A DNA stretch of 57,927 nt. Source: Octopus bimaculoides. Its lineage: Eukaryota. The position numbers were made by a program, and so were the translations under genes. Shown piece after piece: positions 23,335 to 36,465 of this stretch. Every line of letters begins with the position of its first letter. The stretch's first letter is position 1. Under the pieces are notes generated by a model, which did no database searches, had not been told where the DNA came from, and was given only the letters and a program-made list of their open reading frames with translations. The stretch spans positions 60,186,159-60,244,085 of the forward strand of contig NC_068985.1 of NCBI RefSeq assembly GCF_001194135.2, given 5' to 3'.

Positions 23335-23426
23335 ATTTTCTTGGATTGTTTAATGAAGAATATAACACTGATAACAGTTTTATGTATAGACAAGAAATTT
23401 ATGATTGTGTAGATTCAAGAGAGAAG
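23335..23426 (+). CDS. Possible internal exon (DFLGLFNEEYNTDNSFMYRQEIYDCVDSREK)
   Basis: Strong donor AAG|GTAAGA, weak acceptor gaatag, 92 nt open in one frame, unique sequence; no homology recognised. Confidence 0.25.
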
Positions 23427-23542
23427 GTAAGAACTATATTTTTGAGGTTTAATCTGCAATTAAATATGAATTTAAATCTATAATATAGAGAAACCATCAT
23501 ACAATATTATCAGATATCCTTCACAAGAGAATGTGGCTTCCT

Positions 23543-23790
23543 TTACTTGTTCCAGTCATTAGAATGTGGCCATGCTGGGGCACTGCCTTGAAGAATTTTT
23601 AGTCAAATGAATTGACCCCAGTGCTTGTTTTTTTTTTTAAGTCTGGTATTTATTCTATTAGTCTCTTTGGCTGGACATAAATATATCAACATCTGTTGTC
23701 AAGTGGTGGTTGGGGACAAACACAGACATACATGTATATATATTATGGGCTTCTTTCAGTTTCCATCTAACAAATCCACTCACAAGGTGC
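23543..23790 (-). mobile_element. SINE family 1, non-RTE tail (partial)
   Basis: tttacttgttccagtcattagaatgtggccatgctggggcactgccttgaagaatttt...aatccactcacaagg. Confidence 0.7.
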
Positions 23791-24899
23791 CATGCTTGGT
23801 AATATGTACCATGATTTTACTAATTGTTTTAGGTACCTATGTAGTCTCAAGCAAAAAAAGATGTCTTCTTGACTGCTCACCTTTCACTCAGTGGAACATC
23901 AAAGATTTGACAGGTGAAGGAAGAGAGCTGCAGCAACATCCAGGTGGTAATCATTTATAGGTGTGAAAACTGAAGCGACATGTTTTGCTCAAGGATACAG
24001 CAAATTGCTCAGTTCAGGAATTGATCTTATGCTCCTGTGATTGCAGGTCCAACACCCCAACCACTTTATATGGGAGCCATGTGTAAAAAAAAAAAGGCTT
24101 ACCTCCATCTTTAATGTATATCAACTGACCTCCTGTTTTCTATCATTTCCCTCTCTGTCCAGTCTCTGATTTTCCTCATTCATCCCCACACATCCACCCA
24201 CCTTTTGTGCTCTTCCCATACTTCTTAAACCAATGGTTTGCTCAAAAATGACCGATAAGTTGATTTGTTGTTTTGAAGAAAAGTGTAGAGGTGAAACATC
24301 AGTGTCATCTATTACTTAGAAATGAACAAAATCCATTCATCTGATGTCTATCATTTTGCTCTGATCTTTGGGTTTGGTTATTTTACATCATATTTCTAGG
24401 AATATATCATTGAGCTGTTGTTGTAGCACATCTTTAATGATGTCAAAACTGCATCACAAAGTCTAGATTTTTTTCTTTTTCTGTGATAGAAAACATTTCA
24501 TCACAAGCAATCCCCCTCCATCTCTCAATCAGAGTGCTCTTTACCTCTGTGGGGCAAGTAACTACTACTACTACTACTACTACTACTACACACACACACA
24601 CTTTAGACAGCATCTGAAAGGCCAACCAGCTGTATCTTAGACTCATGCCCACACATTAGAAATGTTATCTCTCAAATGTAGTGTTCGTTCTCTAACTTTT
24701 CTACTCTCCTCCACTCACTCACTACTGCTACAACATCTGTTCCTCTCAACCACAACTGAACCCAACCAACTCACAAACAAATTGTTCATGTTCCTCTCAG
24801 CATCTCTACTTTGTCTCTTCCTCCAACCCACCTATTCAGCAGAATAGCTTTTGGATATCATCTAGTGTGTGTGTGTGTGTGTGTGTGTGTGATGTGTAG

Positions 24900-25270
24900 T
24901 AGTCATGATGGTAAGATCATATCACTTAGAGGATTTACTGGAACAAGGATTCACCCATTGTTTAGAAGTCTTGGACAGCTGCAAAGGAGAGAAAAGATGT
25001 TGTCAGAAAATTGTCAGAAGCTACTGAGAAAGTAAGCCATTACATTTGGCTGAAGAGAGAAGATGAATAGTGCAGCAAGAATGAGAACTGAAGATGACAG
25101 AAACATCTGGCCTAGAGCCGCAACATCTGACTCAACAAAACTTATGCTGATGGAGTTTTATTTCCAGCATCTGTCAGTGGTCCCAGGCAGCTTGAGTGTT
25201 GTGGTGGAAGGCGCTGTAACACCAACAGAGCTGCTTCACTGTCTGATGAAACTCCTGCATTCAGAGGTGG
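24900..25270 (+). mobile_element. RLE-type (HERO/NeSL-like) LINE 3' fragment
   Basis: RGFTGTRIHPLFRSLG then AKERKDVVRKLSEATEKVSHYIWLKRED*, resembling the 'SEAAEKAS.W.WLKR' C-terminus of RLE LINEs, followed by 3' UTR. Confidence 0.5.
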
Positions 25271-25299
25271 AGCACAGTAGCACCCTCAGCAACAAGTGT

Positions 25300-25685
25300 T
25301 TACCCGAAATGTCATCAAGTGTCAAAGTTCTCTGGCTGAGGCAGATTTTCTACAGCTGGATGCCCTTCCTGTGTTCAACCCTCACCTGTTTCCAAGCAAA
25401 GTAATACTTCCTCATTGCCAAACACATTTTTCATGGAAGAGTGGAAATGAACATCACTCATATGACAGTGATGCTCATATACGACCATCATGTGATGTTC
25501 AAACAAGGGTACACACAGAGATACACAAACGTTTCTTTCAGTTTCTAGCAACCAAATCCTCCCTCAAGGTTTTGGTCAGCCCAGGGCTATACTAGAACAC
25601 ACTTGGCTAAGGTGCTGCACAGTGAGATTGAACCTGACCACATGGTAGAATAGCAAGCTTTTTAACTACATAGCCATACCTGTGA
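25300..25685 (-). mobile_element. SINE family 1 with RTE-like tail
   Basis: gaggcagattttctacagctggatgcccttcctg...ctaaggtgctgcacagtgagattgaacc. Confidence 0.7.
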
Positions 25686-26715
25686 ACACATATACATACA
25701 TACAGACGATGCTTCTACACACATTATACACATACTTGGTAATATATCTAAATATAGATATCAAGACTGAAATAATTTATCTTTAATGTTACTCGCTGCA
25801 AGATGCCTTTAAAGTGTGGTTGACAAAAGTTTAATTTTTAAAAAATAGATAATTTGAGAGATTTCTTGATCAGGTTATGTTGTTTCATAAACCTATGATC
25901 TACGACTGATCATGACTGTAGAGGCTGTCAGAAGATTTATTATTCCTATCCACTGATGTTGTGATGTATCAATATCAATGGGTAAAATATAAATAATTGG
26001 CTCTCATAAATATTGACTGATTGGTCTTAAGATATTTTTTATAAAAAAAAAAACATCTACCAAGAGACTTTATTAATTCCTAGTGACATACTGGAGTAAT
26101 GCTTACATCTAAAGGTCAGGGAGGCAGCTACCACTGCTATATACACTAATACCCTCTACCACACCTCATAGAAGCCCAGCTGAGTGTTAGGCAGAGTCAA
26201 TTGCCAGTATTCTTCAATTACTAACTTAAATGTTTACTCGTTCTGCCACCTCTACAATGGTCTCTATTCTTCAAAACTATCAGCAATATATGTCCATCAT
26301 CTCAGCCAATCATCTCCTTACTTCCTGTCACCCATGATATGCTTCACTTCTCAGGCCCCTCCCCGTACTAAACACTTTGTCCAATTCTTACTTTTTAATC
26401 ACCATGCCCACACACACATGAAATTCACTCTATGCAATGTTTTCCCAAGAGATACCGATAGATATTCAAATCTAATCATTAATCACATCAGTCTCACCTG
26501 TATGATAAATCATGGGTACTGTCCCTCCTCCTCTTCTGAGAAACTTACAAAAATATTGAAATAAGTCAAGTATGGCTGTGTGTGGTTTGTATATATCTTA
26601 TTGTTAACTTTGTGAGGTTGACATCTCCCAACAGTGGCTTTGGTGTATTAATGTCTCTCTATATATATATACATCATGTGTGCAGTTCTATATATATATA
26701 TATATATATATATAC

Positions 26716-27049
26716 CATTATCATCACCATTTAATGTTTGTTTTCCAAGCTGGCATGGGTTGGATGGTTTGACTGAAGCTGGTAAGGCCAGGGGCCACAC
26801 TAGACTCTATTTTCTGTTCTGGCTTAGTTTCTATGGCTGAATGCCCTTTCTAATGTCAACCACTCTGTAGGGTGTACTGGGTGCTTTTTATGTGGCACAA
26901 ACATTGGTATCAATTCTGCTGTAGTACACGAATCTTCATGAGAACAACAAAGCACCAGAAATTTCAATCCTTTGTTATCTCCTCCATAATGCCCAGTCTC
27001 TTGAGATTGGCCTTCAGTACTTCATCCCATGTCTTCCTGGGTCTCCCTC

Positions 27050-27052
<3 letters not shown>
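26716..27052 (-). mobile_element. RTE LINE 3' fragment
   Basis: Minus RGRPRKTWDEVLKANLKRLGI plus the 3' tail and (ATG)n; 5'-truncated at a (TA)n tract. Confidence 0.8.
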
Positions 27053-27090
<38 letters not shown>

Positions 27091-27093
<3 letters not shown>

Positions 27094-28060
27094 AGAAAAA
27101 CAACTAATTTTAAATCTCTGAGTGAGAAATATGTAGTAACAGTACATTAAAATCTATTTGCTAATGCAACATGGTAGTCCTACATAGGATCATGTTACTA
27201 CTTTTTAACCCAAGGAAAACATATTTTCCAGCTGGACAATGTTACTACTTTATAGTGCCAGGAAAACATCTTTTCCAGCTGCTACTGACACATAATCTGT
27301 GTCAATATACTGTAAGCAAGGGAGTCTACCACTCCCTTTCTATCTGTAGTGATACCTGTAGAACAATGGTTTTTGGGTAATTTCCCTTCCTCAGTACAGG
27401 ACAACTGCCGGCTAGAGATAGCAGTCACTTGCTCTTGCTCACAGTATATACTTTTAAAGTGACACACGGTCGCTGATCTTGTAAAGAGGAAAACAACTAG
27501 TTTTAAATCTCTGAGTGAGAAATACCCAGAAACCATTGGTCTACAGGTGTCACTACAGCTAGAAAGGGAATGGTAAACTTCCTTGCTCACAGTATACGGA
27601 CTCAGATCATGTGTCAGTGGTCAGCTGGAAAAGATGTTTTACTGAGGCTGAAAAATAGTAACATCATCTTGCATAGGACTGCCACATTGCATTGGCAAAT
27701 AGACTTTAATGTATGGTACTGTTATTACATAATTCTCACTTTTAGATTTAAAACTAGTTGTTTTCCTCTTTACAAGATCAGTGATTGTGTGTCGCTTTAA
27801 AAGTATATACTATGAGCAAGAGCAAGTGACTACTATCTCAAGCTGGTAGCTATCCTGTACTGAGGAAGAGAAATTACCCAGAAACTATTGCTCTACAAGT
27901 ATCGCTACAGCTAGAAAGGGAACGGTAGACTCCCTTGCTCACAGTATATGGACACAGATCATGTGTCAGTAGCAGCTGAAAAAGATGTTTTCCTGGCACT
28001 ATAAAGTAGTAACATTGTCCTGCATAGGACTGCCACATTGCGTTGGCAAATGAAGTTTAA
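27091..28060. repeat. ~350-390-bp tandem monomer arranged as a fold-back (X-Y-Z-X then inverted Y-X-Z-Y)
   Basis: X at 27091 and 27484 (period 393, including a ~42-bp internal duplication). Inverted copies: Y' 27524-27730, X' 27731-27770, Z' to ~27875, Y' 27876-28060 (period 352). (TA)n at both flanks. Confidence 0.85.
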
Positions 28061-28222
28061 TATATATAAATAAATGTAAATAAACAAGCATTTGTTCCAT
28101 TATTAGAAGCATTGAAAATGTGTATTCTAAATGATAGTATTTTTTCAAACACAGAGTTTCCATCAGAATAACAGAAATGCTGGGTAAATTGCCCTTACAA
28201 AGTAGAAAAATTTCTTAACAAC

Positions 28223-28292
28223 CAGCCATGGGAGTCAAGCCCACATTCCTCAAAGACTCCAGGTGAGTGCTTTACCATTAAGCTAAACTGTC
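28223..28292 (-). pseudogene. Degenerate tRNA-like repeat head
   Basis: cagtttagcttaatggtaaagcact...gggcttgactcccatggctggt; homologous to 7785-7858. Confidence 0.5.
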
Positions 28293-29341
28293 TGCTGACA
28301 AATTCACTCCAGAATTTAGATGCTAAATACTTTAGCTTTATGGCACAACCATGTGTGTATAAATGCAAACAAACAAATATTTGTTCTATTATAAGTGTAA
28401 AAAAATATCATCTTCTTATTTGTATCATGTGCGTGTGTGTGTGATATACTTTATCTCAACTATTGTAAACTTATTTAGTGATTATTTCCTCACTTCTTTG
28501 GCAAATACAGTGTCAGATATGCTTTACTAATGAGGTCAAAATGAGACTGAAGCAGGCTCAGGGATTGATTCTAATATTTGTCAGAAAAAAGCACACCAGC
28601 AGTCATTAACGAACATTGCTTTTTCTTCTCACAGCTTATTAATTCTACTTAGCTTGATAATACTCCTTCCATTATAAATATTAACACTAACTTACTTTTC
28701 ATACAGATGTTGTCTGAGTTACCTAATGACGAAAGAATCCTTTTCTTTACACCAATCAAGGGACAATCATATGTGTTTATTTAATTATGGTGTCAATACT
28801 ATTTCTGACAATATGGTGAAGGTGATATTTCACTGAGGAGGTCAAATTAAAACTAAAACCATGTCTGGATTTATCTACTGTACTTGCCAGAAACATGAAA
28901 ATTCCATAAATCTTGATAAATAATTTTAATTCCTATTTCATATTCTACTGAACCCATTTTACTGCAGCTCCTCTGAAATATATCAGTAGTTATTTAGACT
29001 TGTAATTCAGGTGAGTTGCAACTGACAATATTTATATACTCAACCAACACATCTATTATTGGATTAAGTTATGTTATGTAATAGTATGAGAAAGAAGAGC
29101 AACACTTTTGGCCTTTTTAGGATTTGTGTGATAAGGGAGAAGAAAGAGGAGAATTATCCTCAAACTGGGAATCTGGCCCTAAAAGTTTACAATATGGTAG
29201 ACCAGTGCTTCTAAGCCTTTTTGTAAGTATTGCCCCCCCCCCCCACTGCCACCACTCCATTCTTTCTTTTACTAACACACTTTCAACACCACCACTCCAG
29301 GCACTAAATATACATCACATAAAATTGCTGCCAACAGTTAA

Positions 29342-29557
29342 CCCTTTAACATTCAGATTACTTAGTAAAATGTAATATTTATTTGCATTTTTTAAAATTA
29401 ATTATTCATGATCATGTAACTTTGAGATTTCAGTGATGTGATTGCATATTTTTAGAATGACATTGTAAGGTAGGTGTGAAAAGCTGGATTTGCTCAGTTT
29501 GAACATAAAACAGGTAGAATATTTGGGCTGGACATGGCTGGTTTGAATGTTAAAGGG
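29342..29557 (-). mobile_element. piggyBac-type MITE (best copy)
   Basis: Perfect 14-bp TIRs CCCTTTAACATTCA / TGAATGTTAAAGGG, TTAA on both sides (29338-29341, 29558-29561). Confidence 0.85.
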
Positions 29558-29869
29558 TTAAAAGACTACCTGCACAAAAGTAATTTCATTACTATAAACG
29601 GAATGTCAAAATAACATTCTTACAGCTAAAAACTAATGATTCACACCGAGAGAATATAAGCTGGAAATATTTTGGAAAATAAAGATGGAAAAAGGCATCT
29701 ACTGACTCCCCACAATACTTCTTTTGTCCCCAGTACCATATAAAATTTTCCACTGCTTCACCCCACTTTTGAGTGGTACTGTAGTAGATTTTACAAAAGA
29801 CACTCACGTATCAGGTGGTAGTGAGATGGGTTATGAATTATGCTTATGAAACAAGAATTGGAATGATCC

Positions 29870-30010
29870 TTCTGACAGGATTCTCAGTTTCCATCTAAAC
29901 AAGTTTTTGGTCAACCCAAGACTATAATACAAGACACTTGCCCAACATTTGCACAATGTGGTTGAACTCAGTATCATGTAGTTGGAAAGGAAACCTCTTA
30001 ACCACACTGC
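29870..30010 (-). mobile_element. SINE family 1 head/core fragment
   Basis: agacacttgccc...gttgaactcag...ggaaacctcttaaccacac. Confidence 0.6.
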
Positions 30011-30659
30011 AATCAAATATAAGATATATATACACCCCACCCTTAGAAAAAGTAGTGGTGGTAGTCCAATGGTTGGATGAAATGATGAAATTACTCATTA
30101 TTTTGGTCAGAATTATAATTTAGTCCTTATCAACTTGGATAAAACATCCTCTTAATTTTCATCAACATATCTTTGTAACAGAAAGATATATTTTCTTATA
30201 ACAGTGCACCACAACCACCAACCACTACAATCAGCATCACTAACATCGTCAGCATCACCATTGAATGTTCTATCAAATATTACACTCTTCTTAATGAATA
30301 AGCAAAAATACTAATTCGTTTTCATGCCATGAATTTTATTTGATTCTAGTATTATCACTGATTGTCAAAGAATGTTCCACATTGTTCTGTCTTCAATTAT
30401 TTCTAGGTGTCAAAAATGGTTTTAAAAAAATGAAAAGGAAGAAAAAAGTATAATTCATATCTCAACACCAGTAAAAATTTCAAGTAGTTGTTTCTTTCAA
30501 TAGAGAATTCTGTAATAATATATCACAAAAATTTCAGTCTTAAATTGAATCAAGATTCTTTGTGCTGCATCAGTTTATTATGAGTTTATGAGATTGTAAC
30601 TGACTTTATTATTAATTATCAATGTTCTTGAATTTTTAAATTAGACAGACTAACAGAAG

Positions 30660-31260
30660 GAGGGACAGACATGGAAGGGTTAGTTGGTAGTTAAACAGAT
30701 AAACAGTTTGATAGAGAAGTACATAGCTAGACAGACAGGCAGAAATAGACAGCCACACAGACAGATAGATAGAGGGGTAAGTAGGCAGATGTATATACAG
30801 ATAATTTGATGGATAGGTAAACTGGTATGTGGATAGGTAGGTAGAAAGATGATAGGTAGGTAGAAAGATGAAAGAAGGCGGCGAGCTGGCAGAAATGTTA
30901 CCACTCCGGACGATATGCTTAGCAGTATTTCGTCTGCAGTTACGTTCTGAGTTCAAATTCCGCTGAGGTCGACTTTGCCTTTCATCCTTTTGGGGTCGAT
31001 AAATTAAGCACCAGTTACGTCCTGGAGTCGATGTAATCGACTTAATCCCTTGGTCTGTCCTTGTTTGTCCTCTCTGTGTTTAGCCCCTTGTGGGCAATAA
31101 AGAAATAAGAAAGATGATAGTAGGCGTGTAGGCAATAGACAGTAAGATAAGAAGTGGATAGACAGCTAGGTAGGTATGTAATAGCAAGGTAGATGGGTAG
31201 ATAGGTAGCTCAGGTGATAGTGAGGTAGGTAAAGAAGTAGAGAGGTAAGCAGATGGATAG
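30660..31260. repeat. Degenerate (AGAT/AGGT/AGAC)n tetranucleotide tract split by a SINE
   Basis: Direct reading. Confidence 0.8.
30872..31107 (+). mobile_element. SINE family 2, young near-full-length copy with ~10-bp TSD
   Basis: gagctggcagaa..ttag...gagttcaaattccgc.gaggtcgactttgcctttcatcc...gggcaataaagaaata; AGAAAGATGA at 30862-30871 and 31108-31117. Confidence 0.85.
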
Positions 31261-33299
31261 AAATAGGCTCAACCAATTGATGGAATTCTTAGTCAAGGTG
31301 GGAGAAAGGTATCCTCAATCTGGACACCTAGCCTGAATGTTTGCAAAAGAGCGGACTCCACTAAAGACTCCAAGGACTGGAGAACAGATTAAGTCTAGAC
31401 TGAATAGGATTTGAACTAAAAACACCATGAATCAGAACTAATATCATAACATCCCATTTGGCACTGTAACAATACCATTAGTTCACTACCCCAAATTGGT
31501 TCTTTATGGACCCCAGAGGGATGAAAGACAAAGCTGACCTCAGCAGGATTTGATCTCAGAATGCAAAATGCTGGAAAAATTACTGCAAGACTGACTAGGC
31601 CAATTCAAGACTAACAATCCAGAATCCAAAGAAACTGGTAATGGTCTGTGTTGGTAACAATTTGTGGAGTTTGTGGAAGAATATGGACAGTTCACCAGCC
31701 ATATTAGGATGTTGCTCTTCATCTGACAGGTATGTCAATAGATATGTAGTGAGTAGATAGGTAGGTTTGATTTCCTTCTTACCTTGACTTCATATAATAC
31801 AGTTGTCACAACATAGCTGAATTAGATTTTATCTACACCAGTTAATAACACTGTGACGAAATTTCTTTTTGTCCTTCGTCAATAAGTGTTATTTCTTATT
31901 TGCTTCTATCTAGAAATCAAAGGAAATGACTGCTATTCCTTTCAAACTTTGTTTTTGTGACCTGGACATTGTTTTGGAACTTACCTATTTTCCATAACAT
32001 TTCAGAAAGATTCAGCGCTCAGTTGCTGAAGCAGAAATATTGTTATAGCAAATATTCTGTTCAATACCACAGATATGTTTGTCAGTTACTTGACCTTAAA
32101 ACACTTGAGTATGTCCCTTAGAGGCTGACTATATGTGCATCTTTAATCATGAGCAGTGGGTGAGCATCATAGCCATGTGTTGAGAGTGATTCTTTGGTTT
32201 GAATAACAGAAGCATAGCTTGAAGGAAATATTAACCATCTTTCATGCTTTCTAAGGGTAAGCAAACAGGAAATAACAGTTGCTACCCAAGGATAAAAATC
32301 ATGTTTTACAGTGTAATCATTACTTCCTCTAAGACAGTTTGCGTAAAGATCAAACACTTACTTGGTGCTAATTTTGGTTAATTAGTTTCAGTTAACTTTT
32401 AGACTAAATTTTTACATTTTTGTGTGTGAGCATATTCTTTATTCTAGTCCCGGACACTAACTGTAGAGCATGCCTTACCTTCATTCACTACCCTTCCACC
32501 AACATAACTCATTTGTAACCATATTCCTAATGAAATGCTGTCAATGTGTTTCAATTTTGGGTATAATGAAGAATTTTGAGGAATTTTGTGAAATGTCTAA
32601 TTTCTCCATTAATAAGCTGATGCTTGATATTTACCAAAAATTATGACAGAAGGTTTGATTTTTATAGAAGCACCTTAAAATGGCAAACTTTATATCATAG
32701 AACCAGAGGCAGTCACTAAGAGGATTGGTACCAAAGGAAAAAATACATTGCTCATATGACACTGTAAAATAGCCAGTTTCATATCATGGAATCAGAGTCC
32801 GAAGAGGGTTTATACCAAAAATAGAAATAGTTTGCTGTTTTGTCTCTCATTTTTGTCACACTTGTAAGAGGGTATGATTTGGTAGAATGTACCATATTTA
32901 AAATAATTGTTTTGGGTGCCTTTGTAGCAACAAGAAGACAAAGGCAGACTTTCAGTCCACTTACCGATAACTCAGTGGAGCATTCAATGTGATACCTGGA
33001 GAAGAGAAGGTTGCAACTAGCACTCAGCTGGTACTCATAAACAGCAAAAGAAAAGCATGTAAAAAAATTCTTTTGAAACCTAGCCATCCTCAATTCTCTG
33101 TCCTTACTCTATCTTTATCCACCTTCTTGTTCCTTGAGTGTACACTCCATCTTTACCTTTCCTGCTGGGGTAGTCATATATCTCCTCCACAGTAAAACAC
33201 CGTACTTTAGCCTATCAACACCTGGCAGAAAGCCACTGCCATCACTACTGACCCTATCACTTAAGGGACTTTTGCTGTGTGATTTACTTGGTGACCTCA

Positions 33300-33478
33300 C
33301 TAGTGCTGGTGCCACACAAAAAAAGAAAAAGCACCAAGTACACTCTGTAAAATGGTTGGAGTTAGGAAAAGCATCCAACTGTAGAAAACATGCCAAAACA
33401 GACATAGGAGCTCAACGGTCTTCTGGCTTGTCAGCTCCTCTCATGCCAGCATGGAAGATGGATGATAAATGAAGACTT
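33300..33478 (+). mobile_element. RTE-type 3' tail fragment
   Basis: aaagcacc..tacactctgtaaaatggttggagttaggaaaagcatcca...catgccagcatggaa; further tails at 35712-35910 (-), 56690-56765 (+) and 5150-5220 (-). Confidence 0.7.
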
Positions 33479-33879
33479 TTTCTAATAAATCCATTTTTTA
33501 AAAGTCAGTTTCTGTGACAATACTTCAGCTTCCATGAGTTAAATTTAAAATCAACATGACATTCAAGTTAAAAACACACAACTTTGTGAAGGTTTTTAGT
33601 TTACTGTTACTGTTTAAAATCCTCTGAAACTTCTGAAATAGGCTAACTAACTCCTTGCAACTAAAGCTTTATAATGATTTAATATTTATAATTCTGGCCC
33701 TGAGAGTATTCATGATCTCTATTTTCTCTAATCATTGGCATCAGCAATTTCATTCCATGAAATATATCTAAAATGGCGATCTTAGCCCATTTTAAAAGGG
33801 AGGTGGGTGGGGAAGATCCGCTGATAATGAAGACATAAGAATTATATGTAGCTCAATTTTTAAATGGTCTAGTCTGCAA

Positions 33880-34330
33880 GGGTGACTGGTTCTTCCTTTT
33901 TTTTCTGCATATCTTTGCTGTAGCTCCATGTAAATGATGCTATATCATCTGCAAATCTTGAATTTTGCAATCTCCTGCCATTTATCACAGTATTTGTCTC
34001 AACATAAAGTCAATGGTAAGGTTATGCAATATAGGAGAATAAAGAGATGAACTACTTTTGGTTCCACTAACTATCTTCATTGTTATCAACTCAATCAGAA
34101 TTGTTAATGATAATAATGAAAAATTTGGTATCTACTAAAACAATCTAGGATAATTTCTAAAGAATCTCAGTGATTATATCAAAAGCATGGTTGAAATCAA
34201 TATAATTTATCACGACTGACCCTTCGTGGCCAATATCAATAAAGATGTTTAAGTAATCAGATAGTGTAAATTGAGAACAAAAGCTCATATATAAAACAAT
34301 ATATACCACAACAATATCTGTACAACAAAG
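33880..34330 (-). mobile_element. Decayed LINE reverse-transcriptase fragment
   Basis: Minus VVINYIDFNHAFD (cf. xDFxKAFD), a GxxQGSxLSP-like remnant and SRFADDIA, in the correct order. Confidence 0.6.
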
Positions 34331-34734
34331 ACTTGACAAAAAAAAAATCAATTTTTATGAGTTTATTAATGTTTGATTATAATGAAATTAAGATTCCTTC
34401 TGAAAATGTAATCAATGCTTATGGATTATAAAATGAACAATGGGCCAAATTAATACCAACGAAGAAGAAAGACTTGAAAGAAATTAAGAATGACTAAATG
34501 CATTTGAAGAATATCACAAATTTTGTTTTTAAGTAATTAATAAAAAAATGTTTTATTTTGTCAATATTTTTGTAAATTATAATTTTAATAATAATTTTGT
34601 AAACTATTGCATCTAAGTTTCCTTTGGCTATTTAGATTGATATTTCAGCAACAGATACAACGGAGAAGATATTCTAGTGACTTTGCTTTCAGATGTTCAA
34701 AATAAAATAAATTTTGATAAAAAAAATTTCATTA

Positions 34735-35105
34735 TTTGATAGGTGTGGTAAGAAGTTTACTTCCCAACCACATGGTTCCAGGTTCAGTCCCACAGCTTGT
34801 CACCTTGAGCAAGTGTTTTATGCTGACCAAAGCCTTGTGAGTGGATTAGGTAGATGGAAACTGAAAGAAGCCCATCGCATAATATATGTGTGTGTCTGTC
34901 TGTCCCCCACCACCACTTGGCAATTCATGTTGGTGTGTTTACATCCCTGCAACTTTGCGGTTCAGCAAAGGAGACTGATAGAATAGGTATCAGAGTTAAC
35001 AAAAATATACTAGGTACTGGGGTCAATTTGTTTAACTAAAATTCTTCAAGGTGATGCTCCAGCAAGGCCACAGTCCAATGACTGAAACTACAAAAAGATA
35101 AAATA
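34735..35105 (+). mobile_element. SINE family 1, non-RTE tail
   Basis: gtgtggtaagaagtttacttcccaaccacatggttccaggttcagtccca...gactgaaactacaaaaagata. Confidence 0.8.
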
Positions 35106-35479
35106 TAAAAGGTTCAGAAATTGTCTTGGTTTCAAAAATTGTTGAGGATTTACTGTTGAAGTAAACAATTGTTTAATCCCAGGCCTACCTTGACTGAGCA
35201 AGCCTATAATCAAAGTATTTCTTGCTATGACCACTCTGGTTTTCATGAATAGTATATCTAGGATTTCATTATTTAATGTGTGTTGTTTTGTTCTTAAGTT
35301 TGTAGATTTGAGGGAAATTTGACTACTATTTCTAATACATGGAAAGTTTCAACAGAATGAATTAATGGAATGAACCTTAGTAGGAAAAAATTCCAAAGGA
35401 AATAAAAGTTGGATGGTGAAGTTGGTTATGGGTTTGTTCATTTAACAAAGTCCACATTTGAAGGTTGTTAAACATTTAA

Positions 35480-35684
35480 TTCTTTAAGAATACAGATTCT
35501 TTCAAATGTAATGCTTAGTTATTTACATTCTTTTGAATTAAACATGCATTATTTTGTAGCTTCAAAATTTCAATGATGTGATTGTTTATTTTTAGAGTAG
35601 GTGTAAGAGGCCGGATCTGGCCTGTCTGAACATAAAACGAGTAGAATATTTTGGCCTGATATGGCTGGATTAAATACTAAAGAG
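35480..35684 (-). mobile_element. piggyBac-type MITE (degenerate)
   Basis: Family of 29342-29557; TTAA flanks. Confidence 0.65.
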
Positions 35685-36044
35685 TTAAATAGACATCTGA
35701 ATATGTGCATTTAAATCATTATCATCATTTAACATCCATCTTCCAAGCTGACGTAAGTTTGACAGTTTGACAAGAGCTGGCCACCTGAAGAGCTGCCCAG
35801 CCTCCATGTTTGCTTTGGTATAGCTAGATGCCTTTCCTAATGCCAACCACTTTACAGAGTATACTGAGTGCTTTACGTGGCACAGGTGCTTTTTATGTGG
35901 CATCAGCACTTACAAGACCACAAAGTTGGGATTGCTTAACTGAAGAGGAATGCAGGGGACATGCCTGTTTGCAAGGACAACCATGAAATCCTTTCTCACC
36001 ATAGATCCTTTCTCAATACAAATATGTGTTTAAACACATATAGT

Positions 36045-36465
36045 TAAGATGTTTGCTTCTCAACCACACAGTTTCAGGTTCATTCCCACTGTGTGGAACT
36101 TTGAATGTCTTCTACCATAGCCCTAGGCCAATCAAAGCCTTGAATAAAATTTGGTAGATAGGAACTGAAAGAAGCCCACCATATGCATACATATGGGTGT
36201 GAGTGGGTGTACCCTTGTCTTGATATGTGATGGTCATAAGCTAGCATCTCCATTGTACAGGCATTGTTGTTTGTTTCCAGTCTGCCATGAAAACCATGGC
36301 TGGTCATGGGGAAATATTATCATGCTTAGAAACAAGTCAGGGTTGGCAACAGGAAAAGCATCCAGCCATAGAAAATCTGCCTCAAACAAACAGATTCAGC
36401 CCAACCCATTCAAGAATGGAAAAGTGGAGGTTAAAAAGACGATGATGATGATGATGATGATGATT
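36045..36465 (+). mobile_element. SINE family 1 with RTE-like tail
   Basis: Head tttgcttctcaaccacacagtttcaggttcattccca; tail gggttggcaacaggaaaagcatccagcc...(GAT)n. Confidence 0.8.
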
